Assembly (NCBI GenBank): GCA_963664115.2
Contig: CAXWPJ010000011.1
Location: 64,001 to 128,000, forward strand
Direction: 5' to 3'
Source of the DNA: Terriglobia bacterium
GTDB lineage: Bacteria; Acidobacteriota; Terriglobia; 20CM-2-55-15
DNA: 64,000 bases
A program made the translations under genes and the position numbers. Below are positions 10,678-20,784 of this stretch, piece by piece (positions within the stretch are counted from its first letter, which is position 1; the number at the start of each line of letters is the position of its first letter). The notes beneath the pieces are model-generated. The model saw only the letters and a program-made list of their open reading frames with translations, did no database searches and was not told where the DNA came from.

Positions 10678-11262
10678 ATGCGTTGGGTGATTGTTTCAAT
10701 ATTGATCACACTCCTTTCCGTATCTGGGTCTCAGGCTCAGACTTCAACAGAACCTCCACCTGCCGAGCCTGTGCTCGACCCCACCCTGCTGGGCCAGGAA
10801 TGGGTGGATCGACTGAATGCGCTCGGCGACTGGCACATAACTATGGATGGAAGGGAAGAAGGAATCGACCAAGTGGTCGATGCTTTTATGGAGCCCTTAG
10901 ATCCCGATGTGCTTGTGGAGGTACCGCCCCACGATGAAAAACAGATTGGACCCGTTATGCTTATCGGCACCCGGCAGGTGCGGCAATGGGCCGATAAGTT
11001 TGCGAGATCTAATGTCGAGATCAGCTACTATCTGAAACGTCAGACCGAGAAGGAAGTCGAAGGAGAACGAATGGTCTATTCCAAGGTGTTGCCTTGGGGC
11101 GGACTGGGTATTTCGTTCCCTATCATCGCAGACTATGCTGTTCGTGAGGATCGTCGAAGGTTTATGGAAGTGGGAGCCGTGTTCCTGCAGTATGGAGAGG
11201 ATGGAAAGATCCAGCGCTTCCGTCTTATGCAAGCCGAAAAAGAGGAGGTTCTTGACGATTAG
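10678..11262 (+). CDS. secreted hypothetical protein, possibly NTF2/SnoaL-like
   Basis: Signal peptide; last gene of the operon; ending FLQYGEDGKIQRFRL resembles SnoaL-like C-termini. Confidence 0.6.
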   Translation: MRWVIVSILITLLSVSGSQAQTSTEPPPAEPVLDPTLLGQEWVDRLNALGDWHITMDGREEGIDQVVDAFMEPLDPDVLVEVPPHDEKQIGPVMLIGTRQVRQWADKFARSNVEISYYLKRQTEKEVEGERMVYSKVLPWGGLGISFPIIADYAVREDRRRFMEVGAVFLQYGEDGKIQRFRLMQAEKEEVLDD

Positions 11263-11349
11263 TTTTCAGTTAGGGATTGATAAGGAAACCGTAGACGGAT
11301 TGGCGGCATCCTCAGCAATCGCAGCCGCCCATGTCCGCCCCGCGGGAGA

Positions 11350-12246
11350 TCACTCGGGCATCAACTCGTCGATCATCCCGTCGATCGAGTTCGTGCTCGC
11401 TCGGCCCCCCTCCTGCCAGCCGTACTCGTCGCTTTCCAGCACTCCCACGATCTCTTCTTTAGTCTTGTTGTCACGGAGCATCTGCGTCACTCGCCATCGT
11501 ATCGACGCGATCTGCGCTCGCCACCGCGTGAAGCCCTCGCGGTCGGTCACGGGCCCGTGTCCTGGCACCACGGTGTCGAAATTCAGCCCCAGGGCAGAGT
11601 CACCCACCTTCTCCCGACCCGCGAAGCTCCCTCCAGTATTGTAGTCAATATAGAATGCGAAGGTGGGCGACCCGGTCGTGTTTTCACCCCGCCCGTTCCC
11701 CGTGTTAAAGCAATCGCCACTGGAAAGCACCCTCACGGCCGGAAAGTAAACGAAGCTGTCACCATCGGTGTGGCATGGCCCGAAATGGTAAACGATCGCC
11801 TCTTTTCCGCCCAGGTTGATCGTCATCTGATCGGCATAGGTCATTTCAGGCAGGCCCGGTTGATTGTTACGGACCATTGCCGCCGCTGCGTTTTCATGAG
11901 CGACGAGTACGGTCGACGCGGGCATACTTGCGTTTCCGCCGCTGTGGTCCCCATGCGGGTGTGTATTGATGACGTATTTCACCGGCTGGTCCGTAAAGGA
12001 TCGCAGTGCCGCCTGAAGCTGGTCGTAAGTGCGATCGAACTTATCGTCGACCAGAATCAGGCCTTCATCGGTCACGTACACGGAAACGTTGCTGCCCTCA
12101 CCCTGGATGACGTAGAAATCGTCCGCGATCTCTAAGACCGGAAGTGGACCCGAATTCTGCGGATTCTCGGCCGCGGCGTCCTGGTCTTGAGCGAAAAAAG
12201 CCGTACAAAGGACCAGGGCGGTCAGCACCACCACGCGAGTTCTCAT
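11350..12246 (-). CDS. secreted MBL-fold metallo-hydrolase
   Basis: INTHPHGDHSGGN, HTDGD, SGD, VPGHG; signal peptide. Confidence 0.9.
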   Translation of the reverse strand: MRTRVVVLTALVLCTAFFAQDQDAAAENPQNSGPLPVLEIADDFYVIQGEGSNVSVYVTDEGLILVDDKFDRTYDQLQAALRSFTDQPVKYVINTHPHGDHSGGNASMPASTVLVAHENAAAAMVRNNQPGLPEMTYADQMTINLGGKEAIVYHFGPCHTDGDSFVYFPAVRVLSSGDCFNTGNGRGENTTGSPTFAFYIDYNTGGSFAGREKVGDSALGLNFDTVVPGHGPVTDREGFTRWRAQIASIRWRVTQMLRDNKTKEEIVGVLESDEYGWQEGGRASTNSIDGMIDELMPE

Positions 12247-12496
12247 TGAAGCACCTCCAGAAATGGTGTGTCATCGTTGTCTCAGCCGAAGCGCAGAGAC
12301 CCACCCCACCACAACAATTATGTATGGGGGCGATGGTGGGGAGCATTGCACGAATGCCTGTTGGATTGCACCACTCGATTCGATTCCGTCCAGGGATCCG
12401 TCTGCGTCTCTCTTTCGTTTGGCCCATGGAAGAGCAAAAAGTGTCTTCAACCCCTTTTACGATAAATTGAATAACTACAGGTCACCGCAAAATTTC

Positions 12497-12525
12497 TTGA
12501 CAGCACAGAACGCCGCCCGTAGGCT
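12497..12525 (+). promoter_or_regulatory. putative sigma70 promoter
   Basis: TTGACA-17-TAGGCT about 50 bp upstream of ATG 12576. Confidence 0.45.
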
Positions 12526-12575
12526 TCACCCGAGTACAGTAGTTTCCAACGCCAGCAAGAATTATGGAGGAACTG

Positions 12576-12995
12576 ATGTCGCGCACATTACGGTTCGCGG
12601 TGGTTCTAGCGTTTGCGGTGTTCTGTTTCGCCGTCACCCCTGCTCTGGCCCACCATTATCACGGGCTGAGCTTCGACCCCACGAAGAAGATCACGCTGTC
12701 GGGGACGGTGACGCGGGTGGAGTTCAGGAATCCGCACATCCGCTTTGATATCAATGTCGTGGATGAGAATGGACAGGTCGCAAGCTGGTCGGTCCAAGGC
12801 TCTCCTCTGAACGTCGCATTTCGACGCGGATGGCGGGCGGATGACATGCAGCCGGGCGACCGCGTCACGGTCACGGATGCGAATATGTCGAGGGACGGGT
12901 CGGCGCGCATCGACGGCGGCACAGTGACTTTTGCCGACGGTCGAGAAGTATTGAGTGGAACCGCGACCGATTACGCAGGGTCGGGAAACGATTAG
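12576..12995 (+). CDS. DUF6152-like secreted protein (mature N-terminus HH)
   Basis: ALA|HHYHGLSFD, LSGTVTRVEFRNPH, W, PGDRVTV; GGAGG RBS. Confidence 0.85.
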   Translation: MSRTLRFAVVLAFAVFCFAVTPALAHHYHGLSFDPTKKITLSGTVTRVEFRNPHIRFDINVVDENGQVASWSVQGSPLNVAFRRGWRADDMQPGDRVTVTDANMSRDGSARIDGGTVTFADGREVLSGTATDYAGSGND

Positions 12996-13113
12996 GATAA
13001 TTTCGCAGGTTCCGTTGGGCTGAAGGCGGCGGGTTGCAGGTGGGCGTTTCTCCTCGATTCCGACGCATAATCGGCAGATCCGCTTGCAGCACGCCTTGAG
13101 GAGAGATCCAATT

Positions 13114-14070
13114 ATGGGACAGCACTCCCCCCTGAATCTGATATCTGCAGTCGGGGTCATACTTGGCGTTTTGATCGCGGCGCCAGTGACGACCGCGGCT
13201 CAAGTCAGACCCTGGTCATCGTTCCAGGCTGACGCCGGCCTTGCCTCGACTACCCATATTGACTGGAATCAAACTCCCGACTACCTCTATCACATGGAGG
13301 AGTGGGATGGAGTCTTCCCGAAGGAAACGGGTCCTCGAGACTTTCGGGGCATTTGGAGAGGCCAGGGCGGGCGGCCCTGGGACGTCAGCGATCTGCGCCG
13401 AGGAAGAGAGATCGGCATCTTTGACGGCGGGGGCGGTGGTCTCCAGACGGACATTACCGCCAGCCTGCTGCCGGGTGAGGAAATCGTGCTCACCGAATAC
13501 GGCGCTGAAAGGTACAGAAACATGGATATATCCGAGGGGCCGGCCATGCGTTGCCTGCCCTATGGTCCGGTCAGAGTCATGCTTCAGGCGGACCCGAAGG
13601 AGTATATCCAAAACGATAAACAGTTGTTGATGCTCACCGAGCTGCAGGCCGCGTTTCGACAGATCCATCTGGATGGCCGTGATCATCCCGCGGAAGGCTT
13701 TGATCTTCGAGCCTGGTGGGGACATTCGGTTGGCCACTGGGAGGAAAACACACTGGTGATCGAGACCATCGGTGTCAATGACCGGGTGTGGATAGACTTC
13801 GGCGGCTTGGAGAACAGCAACCAGTTGCACCTGGTCGAACGGCTCCGCAAGCTCGATGACAACACGCTGCTCTGGGCGGTAACGGTCACGGATCCGGTCT
13901 ATTTTCAGAAGCCGTTCACGGCCGAGCGATTTCTCTATCGGGTGCATCCCGACGACGCGCCCCGGCTGCTGCCGGGAATCTGTCACGACGGAGAAACGGA
14001 TTTTGCGCATCGGCAACCTACTCCGCCGATACGCCACCGCGTTCCCCCCACGATGCCCGACTCCCGCTGA
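13114..14070 (+). CDS. secreted two-Cys family protein (paralog 2)
   Basis: CLPYGPVR, RQIHLDGRDHP, GHSVGHWEENTLVIET, DP..FQKP, ICHD. Confidence 0.85.
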   Translation: MGQHSPLNLISAVGVILGVLIAAPVTTAAQVRPWSSFQADAGLASTTHIDWNQTPDYLYHMEEWDGVFPKETGPRDFRGIWRGQGGRPWDVSDLRRGREIGIFDGGGGGLQTDITASLLPGEEIVLTEYGAERYRNMDISEGPAMRCLPYGPVRVMLQADPKEYIQNDKQLLMLTELQAAFRQIHLDGRDHPAEGFDLRAWWGHSVGHWEENTLVIETIGVNDRVWIDFGGLENSNQLHLVERLRKLDDNTLLWAVTVTDPVYFQKPFTAERFLYRVHPDDAPRLLPGICHDGETDFAHRQPTPPIRHRVPPTMPDSR

Positions 14071-14284
14071 GTCCGCTGGCCTGTTTGGCGCGAATCGGGC
14101 GCGAATCGAAGGAAGCGCCAAAGGGCTTCGTTCGTAAAAGGTCATCCTCTCCCGGTTCCAACTTTACAGAGACCGAACGCGGGCTGGCGAGGGGCAGGAC
14201 GCACGACCCGACTTGGCAGAAGCCTTGATCTGAACTCGGCCTTGGGGATCGAGCCGAGTGGCTGGCAACAGAGGCCGGACCGAA

Positions 14285-14770
14285 CTACTCTGCGAAGAAG
14301 GGCATCAAACGGCCACAGAACATGACCACGATCCAGAGTACGAGCGAACTCGCGGCAATCAGCTTCGCGGGTGGGGGCGCATCCTCTCCCGGCTTCAGTT
14401 CCTTAACTCGACGAAACACGCCCGTGACATAGAACAGCAGCACGTTGGCACCGGCAAGAGCGATGAACCCCATCTTCGCGAGAAACACCGGATTGCCGAT
14501 GTATGCGCGGGGCAGGCAGACAAAAAACAGCGTGCCCGTTATCAGATTCACGGCGAAACCCAAAACCCCCCACGGAATCAGGGCGTGCAGCGAGCCGATG
14601 TCGACCGCCTTCCCGAGCCCCAACATGCGCATATCGAACGTGCCGATCACGCCGACCAGGAGGGCTAATCCGATAAAATGGAGAATCTCCGACGTTGGCC
14701 AAAACCACGGATTGTCCCGCAGGAATTGCGAAAGCGCGCTTTGCTCGACAATGCTCAGAAAAGAATCCAT
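14285..14770 (-). CDS. DUF6644-like 4-TM membrane protein
   Basis: ILHFIGLALLVG...DMRMLG, F.AKM.FIALA, SLVLW....GRL. Confidence 0.8.
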   Translation of the reverse strand: MDSFLSIVEQSALSQFLRDNPWFWPTSEILHFIGLALLVGVIGTFDMRMLGLGKAVDIGSLHALIPWGVLGFAVNLITGTLFFVCLPRAYIGNPVFLAKMGFIALAGANVLLFYVTGVFRRVKELKPGEDAPPPAKLIAASSLVLWIVVMFCGRLMPFFAE

Positions 14771-14824
14771 GGCGGATCTTCCTTAAGTATCACCTGTGAC
14801 TCGGCACACAGTCTACTGAGGGTG

Positions 14825-15307
14825 CTATCCACCGAAGTATGCGAGCAAGCGCCCGGTGACGATGGCGCCGGTCCAACAAACCAACGAAGCGAGGGCCAAT
14901 AACCTGGTGGGTACCATAGAAATTTCATCGAGAGACGGATCGCGCAATCTATTTCTGATCAGATAGACAGCCACTACAGCCAAAGCGATGAAAACGAGCT
15001 TGAGATAAAAGAATGGGTCCGTCAACCTCACGGTAGCGAAGGCGATAGTGAGCAACACTCCCGATGCCGCATTGATCCAAAACCCAACCCACATGATCGG
15101 GTAGTAGGCTTCCATGGATGCCATGGAAGCCGGACGTTTGCGAGATCCGAATCCCAGGACCCGCAGATCGATGGTTGCGGAAACGCCCACTAAAAACGCC
15201 AATCCCACCGTGTGCAGTGCAAGAATCGTTGGAAAAGCCAATAGTGAGGGCGATTGGCGCACCCAAACTCCAAGTGCCGTGGACTCGATCGAAACCAGTA
15301 GGTCCAT
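14825..15307 (-). CDS. DUF6644-like 4-TM membrane protein
   Basis: ALHTVGLAFLVG...DLRVLG, FYLKLVFIALA, SLVCW....GRL; tandem paralog of 14285-14770. Confidence 0.8.
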   Translation of the reverse strand: MDLLVSIESTALGVWVRQSPSLLAFPTILALHTVGLAFLVGVSATIDLRVLGFGSRKRPASMASMEAYYPIMWVGFWINAASGVLLTIAFATVRLTDPFFYLKLVFIALAVVAVYLIRNRLRDPSLDEISMVPTRLLALASLVCWTGAIVTGRLLAYFGG

Positions 15308-15500
15308 ATTTACCCGTTCAGTTGCCGGCTCGCTTTGCTAAGCTTCCCGGTCTCATGCCTTAGGGCCGAGCCTATTGCGACTGAACATGTAGTCTATACA
15401 CCACCGGGATCTGGCCTGTTGACGGACAGCCGAGGGAGTTTCTCCTCGGCGACCGATGGAACCTGTACCGAGCCCCGGGCCGGGGGCCGCTGCCTCAACA

Positions 15501-16529
15501 TCACGGCATCACTGGCTGGATGCGGTGATGGGGCACCCAGATCATCGGGGTCTCGGCGCCCATTTCAAAATCATGGCAGATCTTCGGCCGGAGTTCGTTC
15601 ACTTCGTCCCGATACAGAAACCGTTCGAACGTCCATGGTTTCTGGTAGTAGACCGGATCGTTGACTGTGACGGCCCAGAGCATCGTGTTGTCGTCAAGTT
15701 TGCGGAAACGGTCGATCAAGTGTAACTGGTTGCTGGCCGGCAGACCTGCGCTGTCGATCCAGACGCGGTCGTTGACGCCGAAGGTTTCGACAACCAACGT
15801 ATCTCCCTCCCAACGGCCGACGGATTGCCCATTCCAAGCGGCGAATGCCACCCCAAGTTCAGAGTGGGGGCGTCCATCCATGAAAATCTGTCGCACGACC
15901 TCAGTGTGCATCTCGGCGAGGATCACGATTTGATCCTCCGTCATGACGAATTCCTTTGGGGAATTGTTACTCAGCGGCCGGATGGGACCGTATGGAATGC
16001 AATCCGATCTCGGCCCATAGGAAGCGACAACTTCTCGATATAACTCGGCACCAAGTGGGGTTAGAACGATTTCCTCGCCCGGCAGCAGATCGGGGGTCAC
16101 ATCGAGTCCGCTGGAACCCGGTCTGCCGGACTGGATGTTGCTCAGCGAAGAGGGGTCTCCTGCTCGAGCCAGGTTTAGCTGGGCTGAGGCAGGCGTTTCA
16201 TCCGGCCGGCCGCGCCGCATGTCTTCCAGGCCCTGGCGCGGGGGCTGCCCCCGCCATACGCCACTAAAGTCCCGGGGGCCGGTATCTTTCGGGAATACTC
16301 CATCCTCTTCCCGCATGTAATGAAGATAGTCGGGCGTTTGATTCCAGTCGATGTCGGCCGTTGAAGCCAGGCTTTCCTGGGTTTCGAATGATGTCCAGGG
16401 TTCTATTGTAGATTGGGCCGTAGTTTGAGCCCAGGACCAGGATTCCTTCGCCGCGGCAGGCAGGTGCGTTAGAAGCAGACCCCCCAATACGGATACCACC
16501 ATAAAGGTTGAGAGCCTGAAGCGCGTCAT
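15501..16529 (-). CDS. secreted two-Cys family protein (paralog 3)
   Basis: CIPYGPIR, RQIFMDGRPH, GQSVGRWEGDTLVVET, ICHD; AGGAGG RBS before ATG 16529. Confidence 0.85.
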   Translation of the reverse strand: MTRFRLSTFMVVSVLGGLLLTHLPAAAKESWSWAQTTAQSTIEPWTSFETQESLASTADIDWNQTPDYLHYMREEDGVFPKDTGPRDFSGVWRGQPPRQGLEDMRRGRPDETPASAQLNLARAGDPSSLSNIQSGRPGSSGLDVTPDLLPGEEIVLTPLGAELYREVVASYGPRSDCIPYGPIRPLSNNSPKEFVMTEDQIVILAEMHTEVVRQIFMDGRPHSELGVAFAAWNGQSVGRWEGDTLVVETFGVNDRVWIDSAGLPASNQLHLIDRFRKLDDNTMLWAVTVNDPVYYQKPWTFERFLYRDEVNELRPKICHDFEMGAETPMIWVPHHRIQPVMP

Positions 16530-16763
16530 AGTGTATCCCTCCTGGCGTTCCTTATTAGAGTTCCCGTAGCCAGACCCATTGAATGCTCTCTTGCGATGAC
16601 CCAATATCTAAGGGCGGCGATATCGCCTCGGGGTTTAGCGCGCGGGATGCGGTGCATTGAAACATGTTTAGCTGACGACTTGCAAAATAAAAACGGATAA
16701 CCAGATGTGAGCCGCCCCAGGGTGTACGGCACACGGCCCGACCCAAGAGTCCGCTCTTGCCAC

Positions 16764-16829
16764 GCAAAGGAGGCCATCGCCTTATGGATCGAGACAGCGA
16801 AGGCACACGGCGACCTGGTTCCGCATCCG
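16764..16829 (+). pseudogene. HicB-like antitoxin remnant
   Basis: AKEAIALWIETAKAHGDLVPHP resembles the HicB/UPF0150 helix motif; N-terminal part is absent. Confidence 0.45.
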
Positions 16830-16928
16830 TTGCCACGTGGGTTCTCACTGAAATACCTTCAGGATGAAGGTTGTGTTTTCCAGTCTCCGAGGAAGTTTGT
16901 ATCAGACCCACCATCTCTTTCAATTCTA

Positions 16929-16956
16929 TTGACATGCGAAATCGGCATGTTAGCCT
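16929..16956 (+). promoter_or_regulatory. putative promoter of the TonB-dependent receptor gene
   Basis: TTGACA-16-TAGCCT with TG extension. Confidence 0.35.
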
Positions 16957-17065
16957 ACCCGTATATCGATTCCAAACACTTGTAGAATCTATGCGGATGT
17001 GGTTTTCGGGGGCGCTGCGTCCGCTGAAGACGGCAGCAAATCCCTAAGAGTGGAGGTCAACTTTC

Positions 17066-20000
17066 ATGAAGCGAACAATTCTTGCACTGTCTGTTGGAGC
17101 ATGCCTGCTCCTCAGCGGCCCTAACCTTTGGGCACAGGCTTCGGCACAGATCAACGGATCGGTCACCGACACGACGGGCGCGGTCCTGCCTGGCGTCGAG
17201 ATCACCGTGACGCAGACCGAAACGGGTATCGGGCGAACCGTCCTGAGCAATGAGACGGGTGCCTACGTTCTGGTAAACCTGCCTCTCGGCCCCTTTGGGC
17301 ACAGGCTTCGGCACAGATCAACGGATCGGTCACCGACACGACGGGCGCGGTCCTGCCTGGCGTCGAGATCACCGTGACGCAGACCGAAACGGGTATCGGG
17401 CGAACCGTCCTGAGCAATGAGACGGGTGCCTACGTTCTGGTAAACCTGCCTCTCGGCCCCTATCGGTTGGAAGGGGGATTGCCGGGTTTCCAGACATTCG
17501 TGGAGACCGGCACCCTGCAGGTCAACGACAGACGCGTGTCCAATGTCGTGCTTGAAGTGGGGCAGGTAACGCAGACGATAGAAGTGCAGGCCAACGCCGC
17601 GCTGGTCGAAACACGGAACGTCGCGATCGGGCAGCTTATCGAAAACGAGCGTATCCTGGCGCTGCCCCTGGACGGGCGCAACATTCAGAGTCTGATCACA
17701 TTGAACGGTGCAGCCGTCGATATGGGGGACAGCGGCAACCGCTTCTTCCCCGGGTCGCGGTTCGTCTCCCTCGGAGGAGCACCGCAAGGATTCGGCGTAG
17801 ACTACACGATGGACGGCGCCCAGCACCTGAACTATGCCACCGGCATCAGCATGCCGACACCGTTTCCGAACGCCACACAGGAGTTCAAAGTGGAGTCGAG
17901 CGGCCTGACTGCCGATCGTGGTAAGGCCGCCTCGGTGGGAGTGGTGACCAAGTCGGGCACGAACGCGTATCACGGCGATGTCTTCTGGTTCGTCCGCAAC
18001 GATCTGTTCAATGCCCGGAACTATTTTTCGTCCGTGGGCAGCACCCTGAAACGGAACCAGTTCGGTGGCACGGTCGGCGGACCCGTGATTCAGAACAAGC
18101 TGTTCTTTTTCGGAGGGTACCAGGGGACGACGATCCGCCAGGATCCGGGCGACGAGCGGCAGTTTATTCCGACGGCGGCGGTGCTGGCCGGGGACTTCAG
18201 GGCCCTCAGCTCACCAGCGTGCAATGGGGGGCGTCAGGTGACGCTGGGAGCGCCGTTCGTTGACAATCAGATCGATCCCGCGCTGTTCAGCCCAGCGGCC
18301 GTCAACATCGCCAACCGTTTGTTGGCCAATGCGCCAGCGCCGCAGGACGAGTGTGGTGAGGTGACCTACGGTGCCCGGGTCCCGGAGGACCGCCAGGAGT
18401 ACATCGCCAAGGTGGACTATCAGGTGACACCCAGCCATTCGTTGTTCGGCCGGATGCTGATCAGCGGCATCCAAATAGGCCATCCGTACGAACAGGATCC
18501 CGACAACATACTGCTGTCTAACGACGCGGGCTACGACAACCTGGCGCAGTCTTGGGCATTCGGCTCCACCTATTTGCTCGGCGCCAACAGCGTAAACTCT
18601 TTCCGCTTTGCGTACAATCGGTCGGCCAACCGCCGCGTCGGTTCCGTGATGGGGTTCAGCTACTGCGACGTTGGCGTGAAGATGTACTGCGGCTATGACC
18701 CGACGCATATCGGCCGTTTGCGGGTCAGCGGGGCGTTTACGATCGGCGCAACGACCGGATCGGGCGACGACGAGAATACCTACTTCCCGCAGGCCTATCA
18801 GTTCAGCGACGACGTCAGTTGGGTCCGGGGCAGCCACCAGTTTTCGTTCGGCACCGGATACACCTATGCCAAGTTCGGTTCGGTGAATCACTTCGCTTCC
18901 GCTGCCCAGGTCGATATGGATTCGATGGCGGATTTCTTTTTGGGCCAAACCGACGATTTTTTCATGGGCACGCCGGCCGAGCTCTCCATTAACCAGAACT
19001 TCTTCTCCCTCTACGGAGCGGACGCCTGGCAGGCCACGCCCAATCTTACGGTGAGTTACGGCCTGCGGTGGGAGCCCTATCTGGCTCAGAACGTTCCCCT
19101 TGCGAACGTTTACACCTTCGAAATCGACCGGTTCCGGGCGGGACAGAAGAGCAGCGTCTTCCCGAACGCGCCCGCGGGCTTGATCTATCCCGGCGATGAC
19201 GGGTTTCCGGATGGTCTGAAGGGCATCGAGAACCAGTGGGGGAACTTTGCGCCGCGCCTGGGCTTTGCCTGGGACATTCAGGGTGACGGCCGGACCTCGC
19301 TGCGCGCCTCTTACGCCTACACCTATGCGTTCGTTTCCGGCGATTGGCGCGACACCTACAACGGACATCCACCGTTCGGGGGCCGGACCACATTGCAGGG
19401 CCGGACCCTGGACGATCCCTGGGCGGACGCGCCGGGCGGGGATCCCTTTCCGTTGAACCTGGACGCGAGTGTGGCCTATCCGCCGGGGGGCATATTTGTG
19501 GGTGTGCCGACGGATTTGCAGACGCCCACCACGTCGTCTTGGAACGTGAGTCTTCAAAGGGAGGTCGCGGGTTCCTGGCTGTTGTCTGGGAGTTACATCG
19601 GGACCCTGACGACACACCTGTGGGCGCTGCAACCAATCAATCCGGCGTTGTACTTCCCGGGAAGATTCGATGCGAACGGGGAATGCACAGCCGGGGGGTT
19701 CACGATTACAGGCCGGGCCGGAAGAACCTGCTCCACGAGGGGCACTACCCAGGCGCGCCGCAGGTTCAGCCTGGAACGGCCGGCGGATGGGCAGTTGATG
19801 TCCCATGTCTCGCAGATGGATCCGGGCGGAACGCAGTCCTACCAAGGCATGCTGCTGTCGGTCCAGCGGAGGGCCGCAAGCGGCGTCACCGTCAGCGGCA
19901 ACTACACCTGGTCCCATTGCATTGGTCCGAATGCGGCCCTGGAGGCCATGGGTCCTCACGTGGACAACACCTACAGCAACCCCGACGACCGGGATTTCGA

Positions 20001-20559
20001 TCGCGGCAATTGCAACGCGGACCGGCGGCACGTCGTGAATCTGACGGCCGTGGCCGAAACACCGGAGTTTGCGAATCCGACGTTGCGTGCCATCGCGACC
20101 GGATGGCGGCTGTCTGGAATCTACCGGTTGTCTTCGGGAAGCCCGCTCAGTATCATCGCCGGCGGCGACCCTGCGTTGAGTGGCGTCGCTTTTCGCGGTG
20201 GCCGCATTCAGCGCGCGAATCAGATACTGGACGACGTGTTTGACAACCGGAATGCCGATCCGGGGACCAACTACCTGAATGCCGCTGCGTTCGCAAAGCC
20301 CGCGGCGGGAACGCTCGGCAACAGCGGCCGGAACAGCATTCAAGGTCCAGGAACCTGGGGGCTCGACGTGGCCTTGACGCGCGTGTTTCAGTTCGGTGAC
20401 ACCCAACGGATGGAAGTTCGGGCCGAGGCGTTCAACTTGACGAACAGCTTCCGTCCGGTGAATCCCGCGACCGAGCTTCGTACGTCGAGGACCTTCGGCA
20501 TAATTCGGAATTCCTACGATCCCCGAATCCTGCAGTTTGCTCTGAAGTACGTCTTCTAA
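17066..20559 (+). pseudogene. TonB-dependent receptor (Oar-like, N-terminal carboxypeptidase-regulatory-like domain), frameshifted by an internal duplication
   Basis: Signal peptide, GSVTD.TGAVLPGV, LPLDGRN, EFKVES, TKSGTN, RNQFGG, NFAPRLGFAWD, terminal LKYVF; deleting one 167-bp copy gives a 1108-aa ORF. Confidence 0.85.
17125..17461 (+). repeat. 167-bp tandem duplication
   Basis: 17125-17294 matches 17292-17461 with CCT microhomology at the junction. Confidence 0.92.
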
Positions 20560-20580
20560 TCGATAAGGATTAGGAAATTC

Positions 20581-20618
20581 AACGGCCTTCCTCGATACCG
20601 GGGAAGGCCGTTTTTATT
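20581..20618 (+). terminator. intrinsic terminator
   Basis: AACGGCCTTCC...GGAAGGCCGTT followed by TTTATT. Confidence 0.85.
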
Positions 20619-20784
20619 GGTGCGCCAGGCATGGCGCTGAGCGCCATGATGTGGCGATGGACAACCGGGGAGCGACAGCGAACCGGGGGAAGTGACATGA
20701 CCACGCCGTTCCCGACTGTGGGGTTGGTGGAAACGGTGTTTCAGATGGGACGCTCTATCACCGTCAGTCGTTGTTCAGAGATCC

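Noticed and set aside
11350-12246. MBL-fold genes as antibiotic-resistance determinants
   Set aside because: Motifs indicate generic MBL-fold hydrolases, and the B3-like copy lacks Zn ligands
17066-17377. Separate 103-aa gene upstream of the receptor
   Set aside because: It is the receptor's own N-terminus, cut off by the 167-bp duplication
18211-20406. 731-aa antisense ORF
   Set aside because: Shadow of the GC-rich TonB-dependent receptor; no recognisable motifs
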